From Solirubrobacteraceae bacterium (lineage in GTDB: Bacteria > Actinomycetota > Thermoleophilia > Solirubrobacterales > Solirubrobacteraceae): a stretch of 64,000 bases of DNA. The stretch lies in NCBI GenBank assembly GCA_039744215.1, contig JBCJTT010000007.1, positions 5,598 to 69,597 of the forward strand, given 5' to 3'. The notes under the pieces are model-generated. The model was not told the origin of the DNA and did no database searches. It saw nothing but the letters and a program-made list of their open reading frames with translations. Shown here piece by piece: positions 1-8,565 of the stretch (positions within the stretch are counted from its first letter, which is position 1; every line of letters starts with the position of its first letter). Both the position numbers and the translations under genes were made by a program.

Positions 1-11
1 AGTATATACAC

Positions 12-410
12 ATGTCTTGGCATCCCTCAAAGCGAGGCCCGCTCGCGGTTTCAAGGGTCATAACCGCCCCGGTCGTGGCCGCGCTCGTCCTCGTTGTCGC
101 CGCCTGCGGCGACAACGAGCAGGCCACTCGATCGAGCCGCGTCGACGCGGCTCGTGATGGGTCACTGCGCTTTGACCGAACCGCACTCCGAACAGCGCCC
201 GGTCGTGTGTCGTTCAAGATGGCCAACCCCTCCTCCATCCCCCACGCGATCGCCATCCGCGGCAACGGGACCGACGAGACAGGGGCGACCGTAGGCGAGG
301 ACGAAACGTCGCGCATCGTGGCCGACCTGCGGCCCGGCCGCTACACGCTGTTCTGTCCCGTCGGCGGCCACGAGCAGGCCGGCATGACCGCCACGCTCGA
401 CGTCGGGTGA
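12..410 (+). CDS. cupredoxin-fold (plastocyanin/azurin-like) copper-binding lipoprotein
   Basis: 132-aa ORF. Signal peptide ends in lipobox-like LVVAAC. Type-1 Cu ligand pattern: His in IPHAIAIRG plus C-x4-H-x4-M in FCPVGGHEQAGM. Confidence 0.7.
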   Translation: MSWHPSKRGPLAVSRVITAPVVAALVLVVAACGDNEQATRSSRVDAARDGSLRFDRTALRTAPGRVSFKMANPSSIPHAIAIRGNGTDETGATVGEDETSRIVADLRPGRYTLFCPVGGHEQAGMTATLDVG

Positions 411-606
411 ACCGCCTCGCTTCAGCCGACCCAATCTGTCTCGAACGCCGATCGCGACGAACGAACCCGTCGTGTGAGCACCGACAGCGAGCGACGACCA
501 CAGCGACATCGTCGAGGTGTACGTCGAGGGTTCGAGTCCCTTCAGCCGCTTCGTTTAGGATCGCCGCAGCAGATCGCGCCAAGTCAGCTGCGCGCAGGTG
601 AAGCGG

Positions 607-1428
607 TCAGCGGCCAGGCTGTGAGCTGGCCCTACTGACAACCGACAGTTCAATGCTGGCGCTTGACCTGACGCCGTGCGAGTCGGTTATCTGCACCGTG
701 ATCGGGAAGACGCCGTTCTCCGGGAAGGCGATCGTTAGGCTGCCCAGCTTCGTCGTCTTATCCCAATCGCCGTCGCCGTTGAGATCCCAGTCGTAACGCT
801 TGATCACGCGGCTAGGGACACCGACGTTGCGCGCTGTCAGCGTCACCGGGTCAGCGCGGTAGACGGTGTCCGCCGCAGCTGACAGCTGAGCGACAGGCGC
901 CGTAAGCAGCGCGGCGCGAACGAAACCGGTCGAGCTCTTGACCAGACGCAGCTTGCGCCGAACGGCATCGCCTGTGTTGCCCTCAATCGTCGTAACGAGC
1001 CCGTTCGGCCGGAGGCTTTCGACAATGCCGATGTGCTGCGGGAACGTGATCAGATCGCCCGGCTGCGGCGTAGCGAAAAGGATTCTGGCCTTCCGCGCCC
1101 AAGCGCGGATGCGCGGCACGTAACCGTCGCCGAGACCGTTGGCGCCGATCGGCACACCTGCCTGCCGTGTCACCCAGGAGGTGAAATAGGCGCACCAAGG
1201 TGCCGGGTAGTAACGCAGCGGCGCCTGCGTTGCGAGGCCGTACATCCTGATCCGGGGCGCCTTGTTCGAGCCCCTCGGGGTCTCGCGGACGTTTAGCGCG
1301 AGCTCCTGCTGGGCGATCGCAACGATCCGCTCGGCCGGCGTCTGGGCAAGCGTCTGCGCCTGCGCCGCAGGGGCGGCTAGCGCCACTGCAGCGGCAACGC
1401 CGCAGAGGGCTGAAAGGAGTCGAGTCAC
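607..1428 (-). CDS. secreted CHAP-domain cell-wall hydrolase with C-terminal PKD-like domain
   Basis: Track ORF 607..1845 trimmed to the GTG at 1428, which gives signal peptide LLSALCGVAAAVALAAPAAQA. The upstream 139 codons are a shadow overlapping the divergent FTR1 gene. CHAP Cys/His contexts APWCAYFTSWV and QHIGIVES. C-terminal DWDLNGDGDWD...ITVQITDSHG. Confidence 0.7.
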   Translation of the reverse strand: MTRLLSALCGVAAAVALAAPAAQAQTLAQTPAERIVAIAQQELALNVRETPRGSNKAPRIRMYGLATQAPLRYYPAPWCAYFTSWVTRQAGVPIGANGLGDGYVPRIRAWARKARILFATPQPGDLITFPQHIGIVESLRPNGLVTTIEGNTGDAVRRKLRLVKSSTGFVRAALLTAPVAQLSAAADTVYRADPVTLTARNVGVPSRVIKRYDWDLNGDGDWDKTTKLGSLTIAFPENGVFPITVQITDSHGVRSSASIELSVVSRASSQPGR

Positions 1429-1558
1429 AGCACGGCCAGTGTAGTAAGCAGGCGTCGGCCGGCGCGCAGGTAGCGCTGCGGCGCCATTCCCGATAGCCGA
1501 GGTCGGTCTTTGGTAGGGTTCCCTAACAACTAACCAACTATGCGAAAGACGTGAATCC

Positions 1559-2308
1559 ATGGGCGCATTCCTGATAACCCTGCGAGAGGTCTTTGAGGCC
1601 AGCCTGATCATCGGGCTGATACTCGCTTTCCTGAAGCGCACCGGTACGCTGGAGAGCCATGCGCGGGCCGTCTGGCAGGGTACGGCGGCAGCGATTCTTG
1701 TCAGCACGATTGCCGCCGTGATCCTGTTCGCCGCGGTCGGCAAGCTGGAAGGGACGGCTGAGGTCCTGTTCGAGGCGGTCGCGATGCTGTCCGCCGCTGT
1801 CGTGCTGACCTGGATGGTCTTCTGGATGCGTCGCCAGGCACGCACATTGGGCAGCGACCTGCGCGATCAGGTAGGTACCGCGATCGCCCAGGGTGGAACC
1901 TTCGCGCTGGCCTTAGTTGCTTTCGTCGCCGTCGTGCGCGAAGGCTTTGAGACTGCGCTCTTCCTGTTTGTTTCAGTCGGCGAGAGCGGCGCGGTGGCAA
2001 CGATCGTCGGCGGCGTGGCCGGCGGTGTCGTAGCGATCGGACTCGGCGTCGCCTTATATCGCGGCTCCTTGAAGCTCGACCTGCGCCGATTCTTCCTTGT
2101 GACCGGAGGGCTGGTGCTGATTCTCGCCGCCTACATGGTCTACGGCGGGCTCGAGGAGCTGGCTGAGCTGGGCGCGAGCGAAGCGGTCGAGATGCTCGCG
2201 GCGCCAGTGGCAGTGATCTTCCTCGTCACAACCGGTTGGCTCTTCCTGCGTGACAATCAGGCCGTTCGGAGCAAACAGCCGGAAGCGAGCGAGACCACCA
2301 CGGTCTGA
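1559..2308 (+). CDS. FTR1/EfeU-family high-affinity iron permease
   Basis: 249-aa polytopic membrane ORF with two RExxE motifs (LREVFEA, VREGFET) typical of FTR1 permeases. Confidence 0.8.
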   Translation: MGAFLITLREVFEASLIIGLILAFLKRTGTLESHARAVWQGTAAAILVSTIAAVILFAAVGKLEGTAEVLFEAVAMLSAAVVLTWMVFWMRRQARTLGSDLRDQVGTAIAQGGTFALALVAFVAVVREGFETALFLFVSVGESGAVATIVGGVAGGVVAIGLGVALYRGSLKLDLRRFFLVTGGLVLILAAYMVYGGLEELAELGASEAVEMLAAPVAVIFLVTTGWLFLRDNQAVRSKQPEASETTTV

Positions 2309-2344
2309 GCCGCCGCGTCAACCACTCCAACAGCCTCCAGATCG

Positions 2345-3451
2345 TCAGCCGACGACCTGGAGGCTGGTCTCCAATCCGTTCAGCCGCTCGCTACCGTCGT
2401 CGGTTATTAGCAGCAGATCCTCGATCCGCACGCCGCAGACGCCGGGCAGGTAGATGCCAGGCTCAACTGTGACAACCATGCCGGCCTGGAGCGGCTCCTC
2501 GCCATGGTGTGAGAGGCGCGGCGCCTCGTGAACGTCGAGGCCGACGCCGTGGCCGAGGCCATGACCAAAGTTGTCGCCGTACCCCCCGGCCTCAATGATT
2601 GAACGGGCGAGCTGATCGATCTCGCGCCCTGTTGGCCCCGGCCGAACGGCGCCAACCGCCGCCTGCTGGGCTTCGAGAACGAGCTCGTAGACGGCCCGCT
2701 GCTGATCGTCAATCTCGCCGGTTGCCCAGGTTCGAGTGCAATCAGAGCAGTAACCGTCGAGCCGGGCGCCCCAGTCGATTGTGACGAGCTGGTCGGCCTC
2801 AATCATCACGCTGCGCGGCTCAGCGTGAGGCAGTGCAGCGCCGGCGCTGGCGGCGACGATCGGCGGAAAGCTGAGCTCCTCGGCGCCGCGGCTGCGGATT
2901 GCGAACTCCAGCGCCAACGCCAGCTGCTGCTCAGTTCGGCCGACCAGACCTGCTTCTAGCAGCTCAAGCACCGCATCGTCAGCAAGCTCAGCAGCGGCAC
3001 GAATCTTTGCGACCTCCGCAGCGTCTTTGCAAAGCCGGAGCTGCTCGACCAAGCCGGCAGCGGCAGTCAGTTCGGCGCGGCCGTCCAACGCCTTTTCCAA
3101 CGCCGCCTGCTGCGCCACCGTTACGTGGCTGTCATCGAAACCGACGGCGCCGTAGCTGCTGCCAGCGTTGTCGGCAAGCGGAAACTTCTCCGCCAGGCCG
3201 GCGCCAAGCAGGTCGTGGCGCGAACTCTCGACCTGCCACTGATCCGGTGCCTGCGCAGCAGCCTGCTCGATGTAACGAAAGTCGGTGATCAGCAGCGCCG
3301 GAGAGCGGCCCGGATCGGACGGGCAGAGAGCAAGCGCGTTGCTACCCGTGAAGCCCGTAAGCCAGCGAACGTTGTTGGGCGCGGAGACGACCAGCCAATC
3401 AAGACCCCGCTCAGCGACCAGCGCTGCGAGCTGCTCGATCCGCTCACTCAC
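2345..3451 (-). CDS. Xaa-Pro aminopeptidase (peptidase M24B)
   Basis: 368 aa. M24 metal-ligand motifs HGLGHGVGLDVHE and VEPGIY...RIED. GTGA start/stop overlap with aroQ. Position after aroQ matches actinobacterial synteny. Confidence 0.85.
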   Translation of the reverse strand: MSERIEQLAALVAERGLDWLVVSAPNNVRWLTGFTGSNALALCPSDPGRSPALLITDFRYIEQAAAQAPDQWQVESSRHDLLGAGLAEKFPLADNAGSSYGAVGFDDSHVTVAQQAALEKALDGRAELTAAAGLVEQLRLCKDAAEVAKIRAAAELADDAVLELLEAGLVGRTEQQLALALEFAIRSRGAEELSFPPIVAASAGAALPHAEPRSVMIEADQLVTIDWGARLDGYCSDCTRTWATGEIDDQQRAVYELVLEAQQAAVGAVRPGPTGREIDQLARSIIEAGGYGDNFGHGLGHGVGLDVHEAPRLSHHGEEPLQAGMVVTVEPGIYLPGVCGVRIEDLLLITDDGSERLNGLETSLQVVG

Positions 3452-3906
3452 TGGCCGGCCGCATCGGCCAGCGCGTCGCGCAGCGCCTCAAGCGCCCGCT
3501 TGTAGCCATCGGGGCCCATGCCGCTGACCGTCGTTAGGCAAATATCGCTGATCACCGAGACGCGGCGAAACTGCTCGCGCTGCGTGATGTCGCTGAGATG
3601 AACCTCAACTGCTGGCAGCGCTGCGATCTCAAGCGCGTCACGGATCGCGTAGGAGTAATGCGTCCAAGCTCCCGGATTGATGATGATCGCGTCGGCAATG
3701 TCGTTAACGCGGTGCAAATACTCGACAAAATCGCCCTCGAAGTTGGTCTGGAAGTACTGGGCCGAAAGGCCAAGCTCGGCGGCGAACTCGCCAATCCGCT
3801 GCGTCAGGCGGTCGTAACCGAGGTCGCCGTAAAGCGCCGGGTCACGGCGGCCCAGCTGATCAAGGTTGACGCCGTGCAGGACGGCTATTCGATTGTGAGC
3901 GAGCAT
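3448..3906 (-). CDS. aroQ: 3-dehydroquinate dehydratase, type II
   Basis: 152 aa. IAVLHGVNLDQLGRRDPALYG and IINPGAWTHYSYAIRDA are type II DHQase signatures. Confidence 0.9.
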   Translation of the reverse strand: MLAHNRIAVLHGVNLDQLGRRDPALYGDLGYDRLTQRIGEFAAELGLSAQYFQTNFEGDFVEYLHRVNDIADAIIINPGAWTHYSYAIRDALEIAALPAVEVHLSDITQREQFRRVSVISDICLTTVSGMGPDGYKRALEALRDALADAAGQ

Positions 3907-3939
3907 CGGCGCAAGTCTCGCAGGTCGCGCGCCCGGCGA

Positions 3940-5475
3940 CTAGGCGACAAGCTCTTCGACCGCGGCCAGCACGACTGCGGGCTCGACAGCGACGCCGTAG
4001 CGCACGGCGCCCGGCGCTTCGCAGCAGACAAACGGCACCTCGCCCGACAGCCGCTTCTTGTCGAGCCGAGTTGCGGCGATCACGGCGGCGACGTCAAGCG
4101 TCGCCAGCGAGGTCGGCAGGCCGGCGCCCTCTAGCAGCGTGGCAACCTCAGTGCGCAGTTCGTCGGCGCCAGAGATTCGCAGTGCTGCCAGCAGGCCGAG
4201 CGATACCGCCTCGCCGTGGCTGAGCTGCGTGTACCCGGTTGCGGCTTCGATCGCATGGCCGACCGTGTGACCGAGGTTGAGCAGTTGGCGGCGTCCATCG
4301 TCGCGCTCGTCGTCTGCGACGATTTCCAGCTTCGTACGGGCCGCCTCGCGAATCATCTGCTCGTCAACAGGATCGCCCCCGCTGACGCGCTGCCAAAGCA
4401 GGCCGCCGCTGATCAGCGCCGTCTTAAGCAGCTCGGCGTAGCCAGCCGCCATCTCAGCGGCGGGGAGGCTTGCCAGCAGCGCCGGGTCGATCAGCACGGC
4501 GGCCGGCTGATGGTAAGCGCCGACGTAGTTCTTAGCCTCCGGCAGGTCGACGCCGGTCTTGCCGCCGAGCGCTGAATCGACCTGCGCGACGAGCGTCGTC
4601 GGCACTTGGATCACGGGCACGCCGCGCTGGTATGTGGCGGCGCAGAAGCCTGCGAGGTCGCCGACAACGCCGCCGCCGAGCGCGACTAGGTGGTCGGCGC
4701 GCGTGACCTGCTGATCAACCAAGGCGCGCCAAACGCTCTCTGCCGTTGCCAGGTTCTTGAACTGCTCGCCGGCAGCAATCTCAATCAGTCCATCGAGCCG
4801 CGGAACTGCGCCTGCGTACAGATCGGCGACGTTGCTGTCGCTGACAACAATCCGGCGCGACTCTTCCGCCAATGGCCACGGCGCACTAGCTAGCGCGCCT
4901 TCGCCAACCCAGACCGGGTAGCCGCCGTCAGCAGTCGCTGCCCAGAGCAGTCTGAGCGAGTCGGCGGCACCTTGGGCCATCGCAGTCAGTGACGGCAGTG
5001 CGGCGGCAATCACCACCGTGTCACTGGTTGACAGATTGACGTCGGCAATCTCGCGGTAGACCCACTCGCGTTCGCTGAAGCGGTATTCAAACTCGGCGCG
5101 GTCTTGGCCGAGCGGCCGGTCGCTTCCTTGAACGCGCGCCCACGCAGTTTCGAGGTCGACGTCGAGCAGCACGGTCGTGTGCTGCTCAAGCGCGGCGACG
5201 ACCTTCGCCGATGCGAGCGCTCCCCCACCTAGCGAGATTACGTGCGGCGGCAGCCCGAGCAGCTCCAGCACAATCTTCTCTTCAACTTCGCGGAAGTCCG
5301 GCTCACCTGACGCTTCGAAGTGCTGGGCCGGCGTCATCCCGGTCCGCTCCTCGATCACGAGGTCGCTGTCGCTGCAATGGATGCCCAGAAGCTGTGCTGC
5401 GTGCAGCGCAGCGGTGGTCTTACCGGCCCCCATGAAGCCGATGAAGACCAGTGATCGGTTTAGCTCCGGTTCCAT
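3940..5475 (-). CDS. aroKB: bifunctional shikimate kinase / 3-dehydroquinate synthase (AroK-AroB fusion)
   Basis: One 511-aa ORF. N-terminal Walker A FIGFMGAGKTT (shikimate kinase). C-terminal DHQ synthase motifs GGGVVGDLAGF, LNLGHTVGHAIE and HGEAV. Confidence 0.85.
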   Translation of the reverse strand: MEPELNRSLVFIGFMGAGKTTAALHAAQLLGIHCSDSDLVIEERTGMTPAQHFEASGEPDFREVEEKIVLELLGLPPHVISLGGGALASAKVVAALEQHTTVLLDVDLETAWARVQGSDRPLGQDRAEFEYRFSEREWVYREIADVNLSTSDTVVIAAALPSLTAMAQGAADSLRLLWAATADGGYPVWVGEGALASAPWPLAEESRRIVVSDSNVADLYAGAVPRLDGLIEIAAGEQFKNLATAESVWRALVDQQVTRADHLVALGGGVVGDLAGFCAATYQRGVPVIQVPTTLVAQVDSALGGKTGVDLPEAKNYVGAYHQPAAVLIDPALLASLPAAEMAAGYAELLKTALISGGLLWQRVSGGDPVDEQMIREAARTKLEIVADDERDDGRRQLLNLGHTVGHAIEAATGYTQLSHGEAVSLGLLAALRISGADELRTEVATLLEGAGLPTSLATLDVAAVIAATRLDKKRLSGEVPFVCCEAPGAVRYGVAVEPAVVLAAVEELVA

Positions 5476-6629
5476 CCGATCCGCCCGCAGTAGCTGGCCA
5501 ATGCCTGGCGCGCATCGTCGATCTGATCGCCACCAAACTTCTCGCGGTAAGCCTCAGCCAGGACAAAAGCAACCATCGCCTCGGCGACAACGCCAGCCGC
5601 CGGCACGGTGCAGGAATCGGTCCGTTCGCGCAGCGCCTCAGCCGGCTGGCGCGTGCTGATGTCAACCGACCGCAGCGGCTTCGTCAGCGTTGACAGCGGC
5701 TTCATTGCGCCCTGAGCCAGCAGCGGTTCGCCGGTCGTCATCCCGCCCTCGAGCCCGCCGGAGCGATTGGTCTCGCGGTAGTAGCCCCGCTCGTCGGAGT
5801 AGAAGATCTCGTCGTGAGCTTGGGAACCTGGCCGCGCCGGCAGATCCCAGCCGTCGCCCAGCGAAACACCCTTGACGGCTTGGATTGAGCAGATCGCGCC
5901 TGCAATTCGGCCATCGAGCCGCGTCTGCCACGAGATGTGCGAACCGACACCCGGCGCCAAGCCGAATACGACGACCTCAAAGACGCCGCCGATCGACTCG
6001 TTGGCCTTGCGCTGAACGTTGATGTGCTCGACCATCAGCTTGCTTAGCTCGGGATCGAGGCAGCGCACCGGATCGTCGTCGACACCGTCAAAGTCCTCCA
6101 GCGCAAGCGGCGCCGCCGGCGGATCTGTGGCGACCGTTCCGATCCGGACGACGTGCGAACGGATCGTCACGCCAAGCGCTGAAAGGAATTGACGGCAGAG
6201 TGCGCCGCCGGCAACACGCGCCGCTGTTTCACGCGCGCTGGCGCGCTCAAGGATGTCGCGAACGTCGCTGGCGCCGTACTTCCAGGCACCGACGAGATCT
6301 GCGTGGCCAGGGCGCGGCAGATGAACCTCGGGCACTTCGGCCTCAACCGGCCAAGGGTTCATTCGTTCTTCCCAGTTTTCGTAGTCGCGGTTGACGACCT
6401 GTAGCGCGACCGGGCCGCCGAGCAGCCGTCCGTGACGAATCCCAGCGGTGACCTCGGCGCGGTCGGTCTCGATCTTCATCCGCCCGCCGCGGCCATGCCC
6501 CAACTGACGGCGGGCAAGGTCGCGGTCGATCCCAGCGCGATCGACTTCAAGCCCGGCTGGGAGCCCTTCAACGATGCAGGTCAGGCCGGGGCCGTGTGAT
6601 TCGCCCGCGGTTATAAGCGTCAGTGCCAT
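5460..6629 (-). CDS. aroC: chorismate synthase
   Basis: 389 aa. N-terminal ITAGESHGPGL and GRSSARETA-like SARETAARVAGG motifs. Confidence 0.9.
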   Translation of the reverse strand: MALTLITAGESHGPGLTCIVEGLPAGLEVDRAGIDRDLARRQLGHGRGGRMKIETDRAEVTAGIRHGRLLGGPVALQVVNRDYENWEERMNPWPVEAEVPEVHLPRPGHADLVGAWKYGASDVRDILERASARETAARVAGGALCRQFLSALGVTIRSHVVRIGTVATDPPAAPLALEDFDGVDDDPVRCLDPELSKLMVEHINVQRKANESIGGVFEVVVFGLAPGVGSHISWQTRLDGRIAGAICSIQAVKGVSLGDGWDLPARPGSQAHDEIFYSDERGYYRETNRSGGLEGGMTTGEPLLAQGAMKPLSTLTKPLRSVDISTRQPAEALRERTDSCTVPAAGVVAEAMVAFVLAEAYREKFGGDQIDDARQALASYCGRIGWNRS

Positions 6630-6675
6630 AGCCAGATGCAGGCTAGCGAGCAGTAGCCGCGCGGGGCGGGCGCCC

Positions 6676-7293
6676 TCACCCGCCCAGCAGCAGAACGATC
6701 AGCGAGCTGACAGCAAGAAATGGCGCAAGTGGCAGTGTCGCCGAGCGGGCGACGCTCCAGCCGCGGCGGGTAGCGATCACGAGGCCAGCGAATGATCCGC
6801 CCAACAAGGCCAGCAGAATCGCTGGCGCCGCCGCGGCTCCAAGCGCCGCGCCAATCACGGCGACGAGCTTGACATCGCCAAGGCCCAGCGCACCGGGCCT
6901 GAGCAACGCCGCGCCAAGGAAGAGGCTGAAGGCCAATAGGGCAAAGAGCAGCCTTTCTGTTGCAATTGGCGGCTCAAAGATCGCCGTCGCGGCCAGTATC
7001 GCAACCAGCCCTGGAACTGTCAGCTGGTTTGGAATTCGGCGCGTGTCGAGATCAACGAGCGCTGCGGGCAGCAGTACACAGAGCATGATCAGCGACGCCG
7101 CCAAGTTCAGGCTGCCCGGCTCGATCGACGCCAAAAGTGCGCAGTAGAGCGCCGTTGCAGCGGCGGCGCAGGCAGTGCGCGGGCCAACCGGGCGTTGGCG
7201 GTCGGCAAGCGCGGCAGCGAGCCGCTCGAGGCCAACGCCAAGCAGCGCACCGAGCGCCGCTGCTGCTGCAATCATTGGCTGATAGGCGATCAT
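6676..7293 (-). CDS. prepilin peptidase family protein (A24)
   Basis: 205-aa polytopic membrane ORF with two catalytic Asp contexts, DLDTRRIPN and GLGDVKL. No N-terminal methyltransferase region. Confidence 0.7.
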   Translation of the reverse strand: MIAYQPMIAAAAALGALLGVGLERLAAALADRQRPVGPRTACAAAATALYCALLASIEPGSLNLAASLIMLCVLLPAALVDLDTRRIPNQLTVPGLVAILAATAIFEPPIATERLLFALLAFSLFLGAALLRPGALGLGDVKLVAVIGAALGAAAAPAILLALLGGSFAGLVIATRRGWSVARSATLPLAPFLAVSSLIVLLLGG

Positions 7294-7341
7294 TCGAGCT
7301 TAAGCGCGGCCAGCCGCTTGGGAAACGGTCACAATCAACTG

Positions 7342-7716
7342 ATGAGGATTCGCGGACTGTTCATCGTGCTGGCACTGCTGGTCGTGATTTTGAACGTTGT
7401 TTCCGGCTCACAGCGTGCCAACAACCAGGCGACAACGACAGCGCCGACCGTCTCGCCGCAGCAGCCGCAACCCGCCGCAATCGAGGCAACGCTGCCATCG
7501 AACGGCGCTGTTCGGGCGCAACCGGGCCAGAGCGTCAAACTTCTTATCCGGTCGGATTCGCCCGATGTCGCCCAGATCGAGAAGCTCGGCCTGTCGGTCG
7601 CAGTCGGGCCAGGGATTCCCGGCGCACTGACCGTCGTCGCGCCAAGCGATGGTCGCTATCCAGTGACGCTTCAACTGACAAAGCGAACGATCGGCGTTCT
7701 CGATGTTGGGTCTTAG
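7342..7716 (+). CDS. hypothetical signal-anchored/secreted protein
   Basis: Track ORF 7195..7716 trimmed to the ATG at 7342 (MRIRGLFIVLALLVVILNVV hydrophobic N-terminus). No recognisable domain. Confidence 0.4.
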   Translation: MRIRGLFIVLALLVVILNVVSGSQRANNQATTTAPTVSPQQPQPAAIEATLPSNGAVRAQPGQSVKLLIRSDSPDVAQIEKLGLSVAVGPGIPGALTVVAPSDGRYPVTLQLTKRTIGVLDVGS

Positions 7717-7937
7717 TCGACCGCTGGCTGTGGCTTCTCGCCGACGCTGTCGCCGCCCTGCCGCTGCGCCGCCTGCGCATCGTGACCTTCAATAAAGACG
7801 CCGCTTCCTTCGCACCACGGGCAGTCAACCTGGTGCGGTTCACCGCCGCTGTTGGAGTTCAGCTTGCCGGTGCCGCGGCAGGGCGAGCAGGGAACCGGCC
7901 CCTGCGGCTCGATCGTTTCTTCTTTAGCGTCAGCCAT
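7713..7937 (-). CDS. small DnaJ-type zinc-finger protein (two CxxCxGxG motifs)
   Basis: 74 aa. CSPCRGTG and CPWCEGSG match the CxxCxGxG repeat of the DnaJ cysteine-rich domain. No J domain. Confidence 0.5.
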   Translation of the reverse strand: MADAKEETIEPQGPVPCSPCRGTGKLNSNSGGEPHQVDCPWCEGSGVFIEGHDAQAAQRQGGDSVGEKPQPAVD

Positions 7938-7989
7938 CGCGACCGGAGAGTAGCGGTGCTAGCGTCGAGGTGGTGGACGAGGTCCGGTT

Positions 7990-8280
7990 TCAACTGGCTC
8001 CCCCACCGGCTGACGCCAGCGGCCGCTTCCGGCGCCGCAGGCCCGCGTAGAGGGGACCAAAGTTAGCTTTATCGACCGAATCCACGGCCCTGTCACCGGT
8101 TGCCTTGATGACTTTGTCGTCCGCCGCCAGGACGGCAACGCCGCTTATCAGCTGGCGGTCGTCGTCGATGACGGTGAGCAAGCTATGTCCATCTGCCGTT
8201 ATTGCTTGACCAGAGCGGCAAGCGAACTGGCAGGCCGCTTCGCCCGGATCCTCGTAAGATCCCCTTAGTGACCAATCCAC
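7990..8280 (-). CDS. hypothetical protein
   Basis: 96-aa ORF with moderate GC3. No motif recognised. The 5' end collides with the divergent ORF starting at 8268, so the start is uncertain. Confidence 0.25.
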   Translation of the reverse strand: MDWSLRGSYEDPGEAACQFACRSGQAITADGHSLLTVIDDDRQLISGVAVLAADDKVIKATGDRAVDSVDKANFGPLYAGLRRRKRPLASAGGGAS

Positions 8281-8555
8281 CAGACAGGCGGCGGCCGGAT
8301 CATGATCGCCGCCCGTTACTGAACTTCGTTCGCTTCATCCTTCCTGCACTTATCGCCCTCTCCGGGCTGCTACTGGCAGCCATCGGCCAGCGTGAATCGG
8401 CCTACGAAGCTGGGGGCCTGCTGATCAGCGCCGGCGCCTCGGTTGCGCTACTGAACATGTTCTACCGGATCGGCGTCAAGGGCGACAAGGACCGCGACCG
8501 CGAGGCCTCGGCGCGCGATCACTACGACCGAACCGGCCGCTGGCCGGACGAGTAG
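8268..8555 (+). CDS. hypothetical two-TM membrane protein
   Basis: High-GC3 frame. Two hydrophobic helices (FILPALIALSGLLLAAI, GGLLISAGASVALLNMF) and a charged tail. The start (GTG 8268 versus TTG 8202) is not resolved. Confidence 0.4.
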   Translation: MTNPPDRRRPDHDRRPLLNFVRFILPALIALSGLLLAAIGQRESAYEAGGLLISAGASVALLNMFYRIGVKGDKDRDREASARDHYDRTGRWPDE

Positions 8556-8565
8556 GCACAGCACC

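Noticed and set aside
520-552. tRNA-like T-arm (GAGGGTTCGAGTCCCTT followed by CAGCCGC) downstream of the cupredoxin gene
   Set aside because: No D-arm, anticodon arm or complementary 5' acceptor strand lies within 100 nt upstream. It could be an old att scar or a chance GTTCGAGTCC match, and the evidence is too weak to call.
1429-1845. N-terminal 139-codon extension of the CHAP-domain ORF
   Set aside because: The extension overlaps the divergent FTR1 gene and its translation has no protein-like character. A GTG at 1428 gives a proper signal peptide.
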